64,000 bases of DNA from a virus (taxonomy: Duplodnaviria > Caudoviricetes): the IMG/VR virus record IMGVR_UViG_3300028602_000002, positions 51,423 through 115,422 of that record; one strand, 5' to 3'. Shown here piece by piece: positions 9,201 through 18,202 of this stretch. The translations under genes and the position numbers were made by a program. Numbering within the stretch: position 1 is the stretch's first letter; each line of letters opens with the position of its first letter. The notes beneath the pieces were generated by a model. It worked only from the letters and a program-made list of their open reading frames with translations, did no database searches and was not told where the DNA came from.

Positions 9201-11307
9201 AAGACCTGATCCAACAGAGATGTTAACACTAACAGATCAAGAATTAGAAGAAGCATTTTCAGACTATGAACAAAGAGTTCAAGATAAATTACAAGCTGCT
9301 TTTACAGAGGAAACAAGTGAACAGTTTAATGAACTTCTTAGAGATTATGGTAGAGAAATTGGTTATCATATATCTGATGGATTAGATGTTGGTGATATAG
9401 AGGAAAGAATATCACAATTTGAAGCTGATGTTGCTGACTTGCTTGATATAGATCCAGGTGTTGTAGATTTAACTCAATTTATTATTGGACCTGATGTTGA
9501 CATTCTGAAACCAATAGTAGATTTTCAAAGAAGGTTGGAAGAAACTGGAGAATTTACTGAGCAGTATGGAACAGAATTAGAGAATTTAAGACAAACATCA
9601 GTAAGAGTTTATTCAGCGATGACAGATTCCTTAAATAGATATATTCAAGAATGGGAATCTATGCCAGAGTATAGAGAGATGGAAGACCCAGAAGATAGAA
9701 TGGGCTTCATTAATGAAAGATTAGCAGAAAGAGTCGCACTTTATGATGAACTATCTAAAGTAGTTCGTACTGGTGGTTTAGCTGAAGGATTAGAAGAAGC
9801 TGAGAAGTATTTAGATGCAGGAAATATAGCTTTATATAATAAGGAAATAAGGTCTTTAATTAATGGAATTCAAGATCTAACTCCTGAATTAAGAGATGCA
9901 TTTATAGAAATTTATGAAATCGGTGAAACAATTCCAGGCTCATTACAGGGTGCGGTAGATACTATAAGAAATACTGCTGATGCTGTTAAAGATTTATCTC
10001 CAGCTTTAGATACTTTAAGAGAAGGTCAAGCTCTTAGCTTAGATCAAATTTTAAATTTAGTGGAAGCACATCAGGATTTAATCTATCATTTAGAAGTAGA
10101 AAATGGGATAATTAGATTAAATCAAGAAGGCATAGAGGCTTTAAAAGCTGCTAAATTAGAAGCATTTAGAGAAGAGTTAAGAAATCATAAAACTTCTTTA
10201 CAAGCTCAATTAATAAGAGTGGAAACAGAAATTGCATTAATGGAAGCTGTTAAAGAAGGCGATCTAACAATGCAGGAGGCTGATGCACAGTTAGAAACTT
10301 CAATTAACAATGTTGAAGCCACTGCAGAAGCAGCAACTAAAAATATGATTAATGATGCTAATGCTGTTGGAGAGGCTCAAGTTAATGCAGCTAAGCAATC
10401 TGATGAAGCATGGGCACAGTTTTATCGTAATCAAGTGGCTAGAATAGCTGGAGAAGAAGCTCAAAGAGTAGTTAGAGCTTTTAGTCCTTATGCTAGACCT
10501 ACAGGAGAGAGAGCTGTTGCTGAAAGACATTATAGTGATTTTTATGCTGATCAGTTAGCTTTAGAAGGACAAAGAGAAAGAGATAGAGCTGAAGCTGAAA
10601 GAAGATTAAGTATTCTTAGAGACAGAGCAGGTATATTAGAACAACAAATTGATGTTCTTTCTAAGTTAATGGACGCTGATTTAGTTGCTAATATCAAAAC
10701 TGGTACTGAAAGCGCTTCTAAAGCGATGGAAGAATATATATCTGTATTGGAAGATTATTATAATATTCTAAGAAGAATTGATCAATTGCAAGCGGAAATT
10801 GCTTTACTTCAAGCAGAAAGAAGATCCCTTGAAGGCTCTGATGATATTATTGAATCTTTAGGAAGAGAAATTGAATTAATCCATCAATTACATCAAGAGC
10901 AAGAGAGATTATTAGCCGCCCAAGAGATTTCTATAGCCGCTTTAGGAGATAAGATTACTAAAGAATTTAGTGGTATAGTAACTATCACTGATGGATTATT
11001 ACAAGTTAATATGACTGCTTATGATAGGCTTGGTGATAAAGCTAAAGAGCGTCTTGATGAGATGATTCAAGATTGGGATTCATTAAATGAATCAATTAGA
11101 GAAACTACTTTAGCACTATCTGACTTAGAATATGAGTTAAAAAATCTTGGACAGGAAATTGTCAATTTATTAAAGACAAAATTAACTGAAGCTTTTGAGA
11201 AAATAGAAGAAGAAATTAATGGCAATATAGATGCAATAAGAAAATTAAGTGATGAGTTTGATAAGGCTTTTACTTTATGCAAAGCCAAGCAGATAGATTT
11301 GATATGA
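6286..11307 (+). CDS. Tail tape measure protein, N-terminal part
   Basis: 1673 aa helical/coiled coil with a TP901-type core (LDKSLTEIATVT..IFYRQG..IGTAFKTI..AGSRQQSRFLALM). Confidence 0.9.
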   Translation: MRLADVTLKFSIDVSRAKASLDGFRRAMSGLKLGDELTKSLEQQMTLIEKKMKQLQDFKITPQTDEATMKQFKKLMDEITKATSEVEGSFGKINAEIRQSTGLSSQHFDKLKHIQQINEGIRTTYQQTREALVARLTHREKELQLAQLEGRIASEQRESTKEKLQLTLENKKNDEDRLAIVQQIRDLDKEFKGQEARMAIDEERAKVLEDQLSKHQEIKQALDEKKVAYDDLENQTRQAEQGRQRALEAQKEGLDAVTKGISTLTDRMRRLAEFTVAAFALRTLRRFFQEGLGFVRDLDKSLTEIATVTHTTREEMWKMAVEFNRLGRELGRTTSEIAQASVIFYRQGLQQHEVLEMVRASTISAGIANTDTADASDRLTSALRGFLRPASEAMSVADKLAALAAQSASSFDELSYAMTKTAASAQVAGIDMDHLFAYIAKVIEATREAPENIGTAFKTIIARMQQVKEAGVIVEDGVTTPLNKVQEALEAVGVELLDHEGQLRDLQDVFRDLGREWDYMDRNTKAYLATIIAGSRQQSRFLALMNDFNRTNELITVSQLSAGEASKQFQTHLTGIEASLVRLKAAQEEFLIGLINPEHYKGAIDSLRTLLDTFSGIPPVLTLAIAGITLWTMKTIIAMGATVAKANAEKIRNVVETEGLGIAYQRVLANLKEAGSTTVLIGKLLTLIGVKKGVIATTLAMHAATFGLSVVIMAAVAAVGYLVIRLASLASARKLELERLRESIGQKQEEITVLEREKDQLRDLAKEHETLRNKVTRTADEEARLATLNQELSDTYGRLVVGVDSFGNVIIDTTSYIEEEARKIRELNFELLENRRILAEEEFKIDFRETGDEIRKLRIQFEQLTGEIFGTEGERSIQFSTPRAPARPRDIEEDAPWAQRKLHEWHMSRYEEGQKRIEEIRKQLEESEERQNRIIEERLRLQDQILVASIALNEELDVATKLLAEQVVLSVERPDPTEMLTLTDQELEEAFSDYEQRVQDKLQAAFTEETSEQFNELLRDYGREIGYHISDGLDVGDIEERISQFEADVADLLDIDPGVVDLTQFIIGPDVDILKPIVDFQRRLEETGEFTEQYGTELENLRQTSVRVYSAMTDSLNRYIQEWESMPEYREMEDPEDRMGFINERLAERVALYDELSKVVRTGGLAEGLEEAEKYLDAGNIALYNKEIRSLINGIQDLTPELRDAFIEIYEIGETIPGSLQGAVDTIRNTADAVKDLSPALDTLREGQALSLDQILNLVEAHQDLIYHLEVENGIIRLNQEGIEALKAAKLEAFREELRNHKTSLQAQLIRVETEIALMEAVKEGDLTMQEADAQLETSINNVEATAEAATKNMINDANAVGEAQVNAAKQSDEAWAQFYRNQVARIAGEEAQRVVRAFSPYARPTGERAVAERHYSDFYADQLALEGQRERDRAEAERRLSILRDRAGILEQQIDVLSKLMDADLVANIKTGTESASKAMEEYISVLEDYYNILRRIDQLQAEIALLQAERRSLEGSDDIIESLGREIELIHQLHQEQERLLAAQEISIAALGDKITKEFSGIVTITDGLLQVNMTAYDRLGDKAKERLDEMIQDWDSLNESIRETTLALSDLEYELKNLGQEIVNLLKTKLTEAFEKIEEEINGNIDAIRKLSDEFDKAFTLCKAKQIDLI

Positions 11308-13508
11308 CTAGTTTTCAAAGAGAAATAGGTCTTGTATTAGATAGATTGGCAATGTTAGAAGGTAGAAGATTTGTTATTACTGAACCTACTCTTGGAGAAG
11401 GTACAATAAGACAGAATATATTAACTACTCAAAGAGATATTGTTGCTAATGTAGAAAGATTAAAACAAATACAAGAAGATGTTAACAATATTCTAAGCAG
11501 AGAAAGACAAACCAGAGAAGATATTAAAAGAGATACTGAAGATCTTAATAATTTATTAGAGAAGAAAAGAGAGATTCAAACAGAGTTAATTCAACAAGAA
11601 AGATCATTGTTGAATCAAATAGAAGACAGACAAAGAGCACATGCTCAGATTATTCATAATTTACAACAGGAGATTGAGAATAGAAGGAAAGCTCATCAAG
11701 AGATTGAAAGAAGATTACAGGCTGAAATAGATCATTATAATAAACTGAATGATTCTATTAAAGGAACTGCTTTCAATATAGAAAGGTTAGCTCAAGAAAT
11801 AGCATTATTAGGTGTTGAACATGATATTGCTGTTGATATTGGTGAGGTGCCTGTTGGTGAGATTCCAACTGATTTATTAACGATATATAATCAAGTTGCT
11901 AATTTAGCTAAAGGTATTAATTCAGATCTTGATTCTCAAATTCAGTTAAAAAGAGAAATCTTTGATTTAATTGAAGATATTGAAAAAGAAATGAGGAATG
12001 TTACACTTCAATATCAGAGACAAAGAAAAGAATTAGTTGATCAAATTGAACAGCTAAAGAAAGCAGAGTCTGAGCGACATAAGTTTGTTAGTGATTTATT
12101 AGATAAAGAACTTAAGAAGTATGAAGAGATTATTAATGCTAAACTTAAACTGCTAGAAGAGGAAAAAGCAGAAAGAGATTTTCAAGAGCAAATATTTGAA
12201 GAAGAACAAGAGAGAGCTAGAATATTAGCAGAGTTAGATGTTTTAGGTTTAGATGATAGTCATGAAGCTAGGGCTAGATTTCTCCAATTACAAGAAGAAC
12301 TAGCTGAAAAAGAGTATGAGTTAAATAAAATGCACGATGAGAGAACTCTTGAATTAAGGAAGAGTAATTTACAACAACAGTTAGATAATATTCGTGCGTA
12401 TATAGATGCTCTCAGAGAAAGAAATGATATAGTAGCAGAAGAGAATAATAGACATCTTGAATTATTAGAAGAACAACTTGAAGAATTAGATGCTGCTTAC
12501 AATAAAGAAATTGCTATTCTTAATCTGTTTGTAAACCACGTAAGAGATGTATATCAGGATTTAAATTCAGCAATTCAAGAGAATATTCAAGCTATGCAAG
12601 ATCATCTAGCTCACAAGAGACAGCTACACTCTGATGAGATACAGATGATGATGGAGAACTTAGCAAGACAACAAGAGCTTCATAGATTAGAAATTGATAG
12701 CTTACAAACAAAATTACGTGGTATTCAAGAGTTGATGAGATTTAATGCTTATCAAATGAAAGAAATATTTGATGCACAAAATCAAATGTGGTTAGATAAT
12801 CTAGAGGCTGAAAGACGTATACTAGAACAAAAATTAAAAAATCTTCAAAGGTTCTTACAAGTGTATTTACCTTTGTTGATGATGGCTGGTATAGACCCTC
12901 AAAGATTTGCTCAAATGGCTGGAGATATAGCAGGTGGTGTTTCATTATCACGTGGGCAGGCTACAGGTGCAGCTGCTACAGCGGCTAACCTAAAACTTAG
13001 AGATCAGGACTATGCAAGAACTGAATTCTGGAGAGGAACTCAGGTTGCAACTGACCCAGCTTCTTCGCAAGATACTGTAGCTGGAGCTATTAATTATATA
13101 AAAAATATCATCCCTAAAGAGAGCGGATTAACTTTAAGAGACCTAGAAGGTATGCTTACTGAAGAAGAATTGAAGAAGTTAAGAGTTGCTGGGTATGATA
13201 CTGGAGGATATACTGGAACTTTTCCAGGTGGAAAAATTGGTATATTACATCAAAAAGAACTTGTTTTAAAAGAAAATGATACAGAAAATATTTTAGAAGC
13301 TGTACGACTAATGAGACAAGTTATGACAAATTTTGATACCTTTAGAGCTTCCCCAGTTTCTGCTCCTGAACCTGTTGGAGATGATGTGGATATTAATATT
13401 TATATTGATAAGGTAATGGGAGATAGAGAGGGAGCCAGATTAGTTGCTAAAGAAACTTCTAAAGAAGTTTTAACAGCTTTAAAGAAATTTGGTGGCAGAA
13501 CTGCCTAA
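11277..13508 (+). CDS. Tail tape measure protein, C-terminal part (frameshifted or separate gene)
   Basis: 743 aa coiled coil ending in the typical TMP tail GYDTGGYTG...LHQKELVL; -1 frame overlap with the upstream ORF. Confidence 0.8.
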   Translation: MQSQADRFDMTSFQREIGLVLDRLAMLEGRRFVITEPTLGEGTIRQNILTTQRDIVANVERLKQIQEDVNNILSRERQTREDIKRDTEDLNNLLEKKREIQTELIQQERSLLNQIEDRQRAHAQIIHNLQQEIENRRKAHQEIERRLQAEIDHYNKLNDSIKGTAFNIERLAQEIALLGVEHDIAVDIGEVPVGEIPTDLLTIYNQVANLAKGINSDLDSQIQLKREIFDLIEDIEKEMRNVTLQYQRQRKELVDQIEQLKKAESERHKFVSDLLDKELKKYEEIINAKLKLLEEEKAERDFQEQIFEEEQERARILAELDVLGLDDSHEARARFLQLQEELAEKEYELNKMHDERTLELRKSNLQQQLDNIRAYIDALRERNDIVAEENNRHLELLEEQLEELDAAYNKEIAILNLFVNHVRDVYQDLNSAIQENIQAMQDHLAHKRQLHSDEIQMMMENLARQQELHRLEIDSLQTKLRGIQELMRFNAYQMKEIFDAQNQMWLDNLEAERRILEQKLKNLQRFLQVYLPLLMMAGIDPQRFAQMAGDIAGGVSLSRGQATGAAATAANLKLRDQDYARTEFWRGTQVATDPASSQDTVAGAINYIKNIIPKESGLTLRDLEGMLTEEELKKLRVAGYDTGGYTGTFPGGKIGILHQKELVLKENDTENILEAVRLMRQVMTNFDTFRASPVSAPEPVGDDVDINIYIDKVMGDREGARLVAKETSKEVLTALKKFGGRTA

Positions 13509-13568
13509 AGTTAAGGGGTGAGAAACTATTCTCACCCCTACTTATTTAGGGAGAGAGAGGTGAAAAGA

Positions 13569-15941
13569 TTGATAAGAGATTCTTTACATTTTGAATATGC
13601 TGGACAAACGTCAGAAGATATGGGACTATATAATATTAATATTGGTAGAGGAATGGCTAATGAGCCTTTTGTTGCTAATATAGAGTTAGTAGAAGAGGTC
13701 ATTAGGGGTAGGGATAAACCCTATTTTAAGAAAACTAGAAGACAACCACTATCTTTTTCAGTGGCTTTTGCTTTCCAAGAAAATTGGGATGAAGATAAAA
13801 TTAGAGAGGTTGCAAGGTGGTTAACTAATCATCAAATTTATCAACCACTTAGATTTTATCAGAACATAGAAGATATTGACAATAGTAGAATTTTCTTTGC
13901 TTTGATAGTAGAAGGTTCTGATATAGTTCATAATTACTTAAAACAAGGATATATCACTTTAACTATTAGATGTGATAGCCCTTGGGGATATTTACCTATT
14001 GTTGAGGAAGATAAAGGGACGGCTAATAATTTTGAACTGGAAAATTTAGGGGATTTACCTTTATTCCCTAGATTACAAATTACCAAATTAGGTGACGGTC
14101 CTTTACTAATTACTAATAGTGATAATGGTTCAAAGATTGAATTTTTTAGTAAGAGAGCTGGTTCAGCTTTGTTAAGATTAACTGGAACAGTTTATGATGG
14201 AGAAACTGTAGAGATTGGTGATGAAATATATGAGTTTGATACTGGTGATGGAGAAATAGATGAAAACCATGAAATAGTTGATCTTTATCAAGGAGGTACT
14301 TTAACTGCTGATTTTGCTAGAGGACTTTTAAACTTTCAAGAAGATGGGTTTATAAAAGAAGAAGATACTATAACTATAGGTAATGATATTTATGAATTTG
14401 ATGTAGACGGTTTTTATCGTCATGCTAACATTCAGGTTGATATATCTGATTTTGTAGCTTATGCCACAGGTAGATTAACATTAAATGAAAATCCTGAACC
14501 ATATGATCAAATTGTTATTGGGAATACTCGTTATATTTTTGATATAGGAACAAACAAAAATTTAATTAAAACTACTAATCATGGGGTAGATGCAAGAGGA
14601 GGATTTTTTGGTATAGTAAATAGAAGTCGACCTATGTCTGGAGCAAGTGATTTGAATTTTAAATTTGTAGTAGCAAAAAATAGAGACTTCCTTGAATTAG
14701 TTTCATATACAAAAAACAATCCTTTTGATAATCCTGTTCCTGCAACTGGAGAGTTAGCAGGACAACAGCCTGATGATGTTATAGAGATATATAGCAGTAA
14801 ATATAGAGGTATTATAGATGCAGGAGGTTCCACAGTTAGCCATTTAGTTACAGATGACACACAGGGATTAAGAACTGGAGATGTCGTGGGATTAGTTAAA
14901 ACTGATGGTGCCTTAGAATTTAGGAAGATTAAAGCTGTTTCTAATAATGTTAGTATGTCATTAGAGACAGCTGCTTCAGCGGTTCCCTCTGTATTTTATG
15001 CTTTTAACAGAGTTGCACTAAGAGTTGCTGAGGGAGCTAGATTTGAAATTCCAAATATTGTGGTGATTGGTGCTGATAAAGAAGAATCTGCCAGTAATTT
15101 AGTTAATGCTATAAATCTAACAGGAGTTCCTTCTTTAGATTTTGGAGTTAATTTAAAACAGAACTTATTAGTCGAAGCAGAATTAGAAAGTGAATATGGT
15201 GGGTCTGGTTATGGAGAAGCTTCCATTATACTAACATCTAGATTTGCTGGTTCTCAAGGTAATGCTATTGTAACTACAGTCTCTTCTGGAATGGATGCTT
15301 ATTTTGATAGTGATAAATTAGAGGGTGGTTTGGACTGTCCTGTTGAATATGCTAAAGCTAAATTATTAGAAGCAATAGAAGAGAGAGGTAGAGAGAAAAT
15401 AGAAGTTGATCCTGATGTTCCTGATGAACCTAATAAGATTCATTTTCGTTATAAAATAGGTGGAACTATTGGGAATGGAGTTATCTGTTTAGCTAATGCA
15501 GAAGATGCTTCTTGGGAAGAAGAGTATTTTGAAGGAGGTAAAGATCCTTTAAAACAAGAGATTATTGATGCATTGATAGATGCTATTAATCATGAATATC
15601 AAATTGTCGAGGCTGAAGAGTATGAACATGCTAATGACATGATAAAAGTTACACATTTATTAGAAGGATTAGATACGAATATTCCTATTAAATCTGACGC
15701 TTATAATTTATTCTGGTCTAGTAGAAGATTAACTGGTGGCAGAAATGAGCTAGTTAATGGTGAAGTGATTATGATTGATTGTGATAGGCAACAGATAGAG
15801 AGTAATGAAGATGACTTTGATAGATATGATTGTTTTAGTGATACCTATATTGAGCTAGATGTAGGTGAGAATAATATTGCTATAACAGAAGGAGATTGTG
15901 AAATTAAATTCTGGTTGTTGCCAAAGGTTATTCAAGGGTAA
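13569..15941 (+). CDS. Distal tail protein (evolved Dit with large insertion)
   Basis: Dit-like N-terminus (F.YAG..S.D.GL..., CDSPWGY, ENLGDLPLFP.L.I) and C-terminus (IDC....I...L..GEN.I); TTG 13569 has SD gaggtga (track start 13518). Confidence 0.75.
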   Translation: MIRDSLHFEYAGQTSEDMGLYNINIGRGMANEPFVANIELVEEVIRGRDKPYFKKTRRQPLSFSVAFAFQENWDEDKIREVARWLTNHQIYQPLRFYQNIEDIDNSRIFFALIVEGSDIVHNYLKQGYITLTIRCDSPWGYLPIVEEDKGTANNFELENLGDLPLFPRLQITKLGDGPLLITNSDNGSKIEFFSKRAGSALLRLTGTVYDGETVEIGDEIYEFDTGDGEIDENHEIVDLYQGGTLTADFARGLLNFQEDGFIKEEDTITIGNDIYEFDVDGFYRHANIQVDISDFVAYATGRLTLNENPEPYDQIVIGNTRYIFDIGTNKNLIKTTNHGVDARGGFFGIVNRSRPMSGASDLNFKFVVAKNRDFLELVSYTKNNPFDNPVPATGELAGQQPDDVIEIYSSKYRGIIDAGGSTVSHLVTDDTQGLRTGDVVGLVKTDGALEFRKIKAVSNNVSMSLETAASAVPSVFYAFNRVALRVAEGARFEIPNIVVIGADKEESASNLVNAINLTGVPSLDFGVNLKQNLLVEAELESEYGGSGYGEASIILTSRFAGSQGNAIVTTVSSGMDAYFDSDKLEGGLDCPVEYAKAKLLEAIEERGREKIEVDPDVPDEPNKIHFRYKIGGTIGNGVICLANAEDASWEEEYFEGGKDPLKQEIIDALIDAINHEYQIVEAEEYEHANDMIKVTHLLEGLDTNIPIKSDAYNLFWSSRRLTGGRNELVNGEVIMIDCDRQQIESNEDDFDRYDCFSDTYIELDVGENNIAITEGDCEIKFWLLPKVIQG

Positions 15942-15947
15942 AGGGAG

Positions 15948-18176
15948 TTGATTTTAATGGATTTACAGGATTATATCTTTTTTGATTTAAAGAAACAAAA
16001 ACATAAGCCAGAACTTTATTTAGCCACACCTCAAAGAAGAATTATTACAAAGTTACATGATTCTTCAGGGGTTAAATCAATGATTAAATTAGCTAGGGTT
16101 AATGAATTAGATTTTGACATACCTTATGATATAGAAACCCAGAATGATCCTTATGATATATTAAATGGTATTAACCTAACAAGAAACGATGTTATTGATA
16201 AATTGAAGGATAGATTTTTAATAAAATATAAGTTGGGAAGTTATGTTGAATGGTATATGATTAGAGAGCAAGAAGACGTAGCAGATGAAGAACAAGATTA
16301 TCGCTCTATCCATTGTTTTTCTTTAGCTTATGAATTGAAGAATATTAAGATTATTCAATATAATGTCATTTCATATACTCTTTTAGAGATCCTAAAAGGA
16401 AAGCCATTTGATAATATGCCTGGAATACTTACAGATAGTTTGTGGTCAGTTGGTCATATTGATGAAGAGATTTTACAAAGATATAGAGCTTATGACTGCA
16501 CTGTTAAGAATGGTTTAGATATTGTTTTTGAACTATCAGAAATATTTAATTGCGTTCCTATATTTGATACAGAAAATCGTTTAATTAATTTCTATGATAT
16601 GGATAATGTGGGACAGAATCGTGGACTAAAAATTAGTCGTAAGAAGTATTTGAAAACCATAGCCACTCAATCTATATCTGATGAGATAGTTACAAGATTG
16701 AAAACATATGGTAGAGATGGATTAACAATTAGAAGAATTAATCCATTAGGGACTGATTATTTAGAAGATTACAGCTATTTTATGTTCCCCTATGGGCTAA
16801 TAGATAACGAAGGAAATAAAGTAGAATATTCTGACTATATGAGTACTGAGTTATGTGAAGCAATTACAGCTCATAGAGAGAAAATAAATAATTACTCTCC
16901 TACTTTTACGAGTTTAATAGGGAAACTAGAGGTTGTAGGACAATTATTGATTGCTAAAAATGTTGAGCTAAGAAACCTTCAGAATGAATTAATTCAATTA
17001 AGAGATAACTTAAAAGTAGCTGAAAGAGGAAGAGCTGGTGGTACCGTTATTCAGTTTCTCCAAGAGAGAATAGATGAAAAGGAAAAGCAAATAGATTTAC
17101 AGACAACTCAAGTTAATAGATTATTAGAAGAGAGGGAAAGTTTAAATAGTCAAATAGCGGAAATAAGGGAAGCACTATCTGAAAGGAATAATTATACTGC
17201 TCAATTACTAGAGGAAAAAAGACTATTTACAATAGAGGATGATTTTATTCACAGTAGTATAGTAGAAGAACATGAATTATATAGAGCGGCCGCTGAATAT
17301 TTTACAGAAGTAAATAAACCTAAAACAAGTATTTCTATTGATATAGTAGATTTTCTTGATATGTTGGAAGAGCAATATAATTGGGATAAATTGCAGTTAG
17401 GCGATATCATTAGAGTTAAATATGATAAGTTTAATTTAGAAGAGAGTGTTAGAGTAGTTGAATTAGATTATGATTTTGAAAACGAAGCTGTTAATTTGGT
17501 TATTACTAATGTAAAAGACTTTGTCTTCACTGATGAAATTGATTCTCTTGCTAAACTATTGCATCGTAATGTTAATATGGTTAAAGCTGTTGATGTATCA
17601 AAGGTTAGATGGGATGGAGTGGATACAGTAAGAAGAACATTAGAAGATATTCTTTCTAACCCTTGGGAGACTTTAGGTCTTGAAGATGATGTTAGTTGGG
17701 AAATAGAAGATCAAATGGATAGATTATATGATGAAATTCAAGAAGTTATTATTCCTGAATTAGATCTTCCTGATTTTGAAGCATGGTTTGATAGCTTAAG
17801 ATTTGATTTAGAATCTTTAATTGATTTTAAATTAGATGAATTAGAGTGGCCTGAGCCACCTGAGCCTGAACCTCCTCTTGTTATAGAAGAGTTTTATGAG
17901 TATATTACTGCTCCTTGGAGTGCTACTGGGCTTAGATTTGATTTTGTGCAACAATATATTGAAGAACCAGCTGTACAAATTAGTTTACAAGGAAATGATG
18001 TAGAAAATGAATTGGATGCTTATTCATTTAAAATGGTGGCTGAACATATAAGAGGAGAGAATAATGAATATATAGGATTAAAAGTTTTTCCTCAAGGAAC
18101 GAATATTCCTAGTGCATTTAGTGGTAAAGTTAGTATAGCCGCTGTTTGTACTGGAGTTATAGAGGAAGAAAGTTAG
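15948..18176 (+). CDS. Tail hub/Tal-like minor tail protein (prophage tail endopeptidase family)
   Basis: 742 aa after Dit; NELDFDIP, IVTRLKTYGRDGLTI..INP.G..YLEDYSYF, LQLGDIIRV motifs. Confidence 0.75.
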   Translation: MILMDLQDYIFFDLKKQKHKPELYLATPQRRIITKLHDSSGVKSMIKLARVNELDFDIPYDIETQNDPYDILNGINLTRNDVIDKLKDRFLIKYKLGSYVEWYMIREQEDVADEEQDYRSIHCFSLAYELKNIKIIQYNVISYTLLEILKGKPFDNMPGILTDSLWSVGHIDEEILQRYRAYDCTVKNGLDIVFELSEIFNCVPIFDTENRLINFYDMDNVGQNRGLKISRKKYLKTIATQSISDEIVTRLKTYGRDGLTIRRINPLGTDYLEDYSYFMFPYGLIDNEGNKVEYSDYMSTELCEAITAHREKINNYSPTFTSLIGKLEVVGQLLIAKNVELRNLQNELIQLRDNLKVAERGRAGGTVIQFLQERIDEKEKQIDLQTTQVNRLLEERESLNSQIAEIREALSERNNYTAQLLEEKRLFTIEDDFIHSSIVEEHELYRAAAEYFTEVNKPKTSISIDIVDFLDMLEEQYNWDKLQLGDIIRVKYDKFNLEESVRVVELDYDFENEAVNLVITNVKDFVFTDEIDSLAKLLHRNVNMVKAVDVSKVRWDGVDTVRRTLEDILSNPWETLGLEDDVSWEIEDQMDRLYDEIQEVIIPELDLPDFEAWFDSLRFDLESLIDFKLDELEWPEPPEPEPPLVIEEFYEYITAPWSATGLRFDFVQQYIEEPAVQISLQGNDVENELDAYSFKMVAEHIRGENNEYIGLKVFPQGTNIPSAFSGKVSIAAVCTGVIEEES

Positions 18177-18202
18177 TTTGAATTATTAAAGGAGGTTTAA
18201 AT

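Noticed and set aside
11260-11310. Programmed -1 frameshift in the tape measure
   Set aside because: No canonical slippery heptamer in the overlap, and similar one-base defects elsewhere point to indels.
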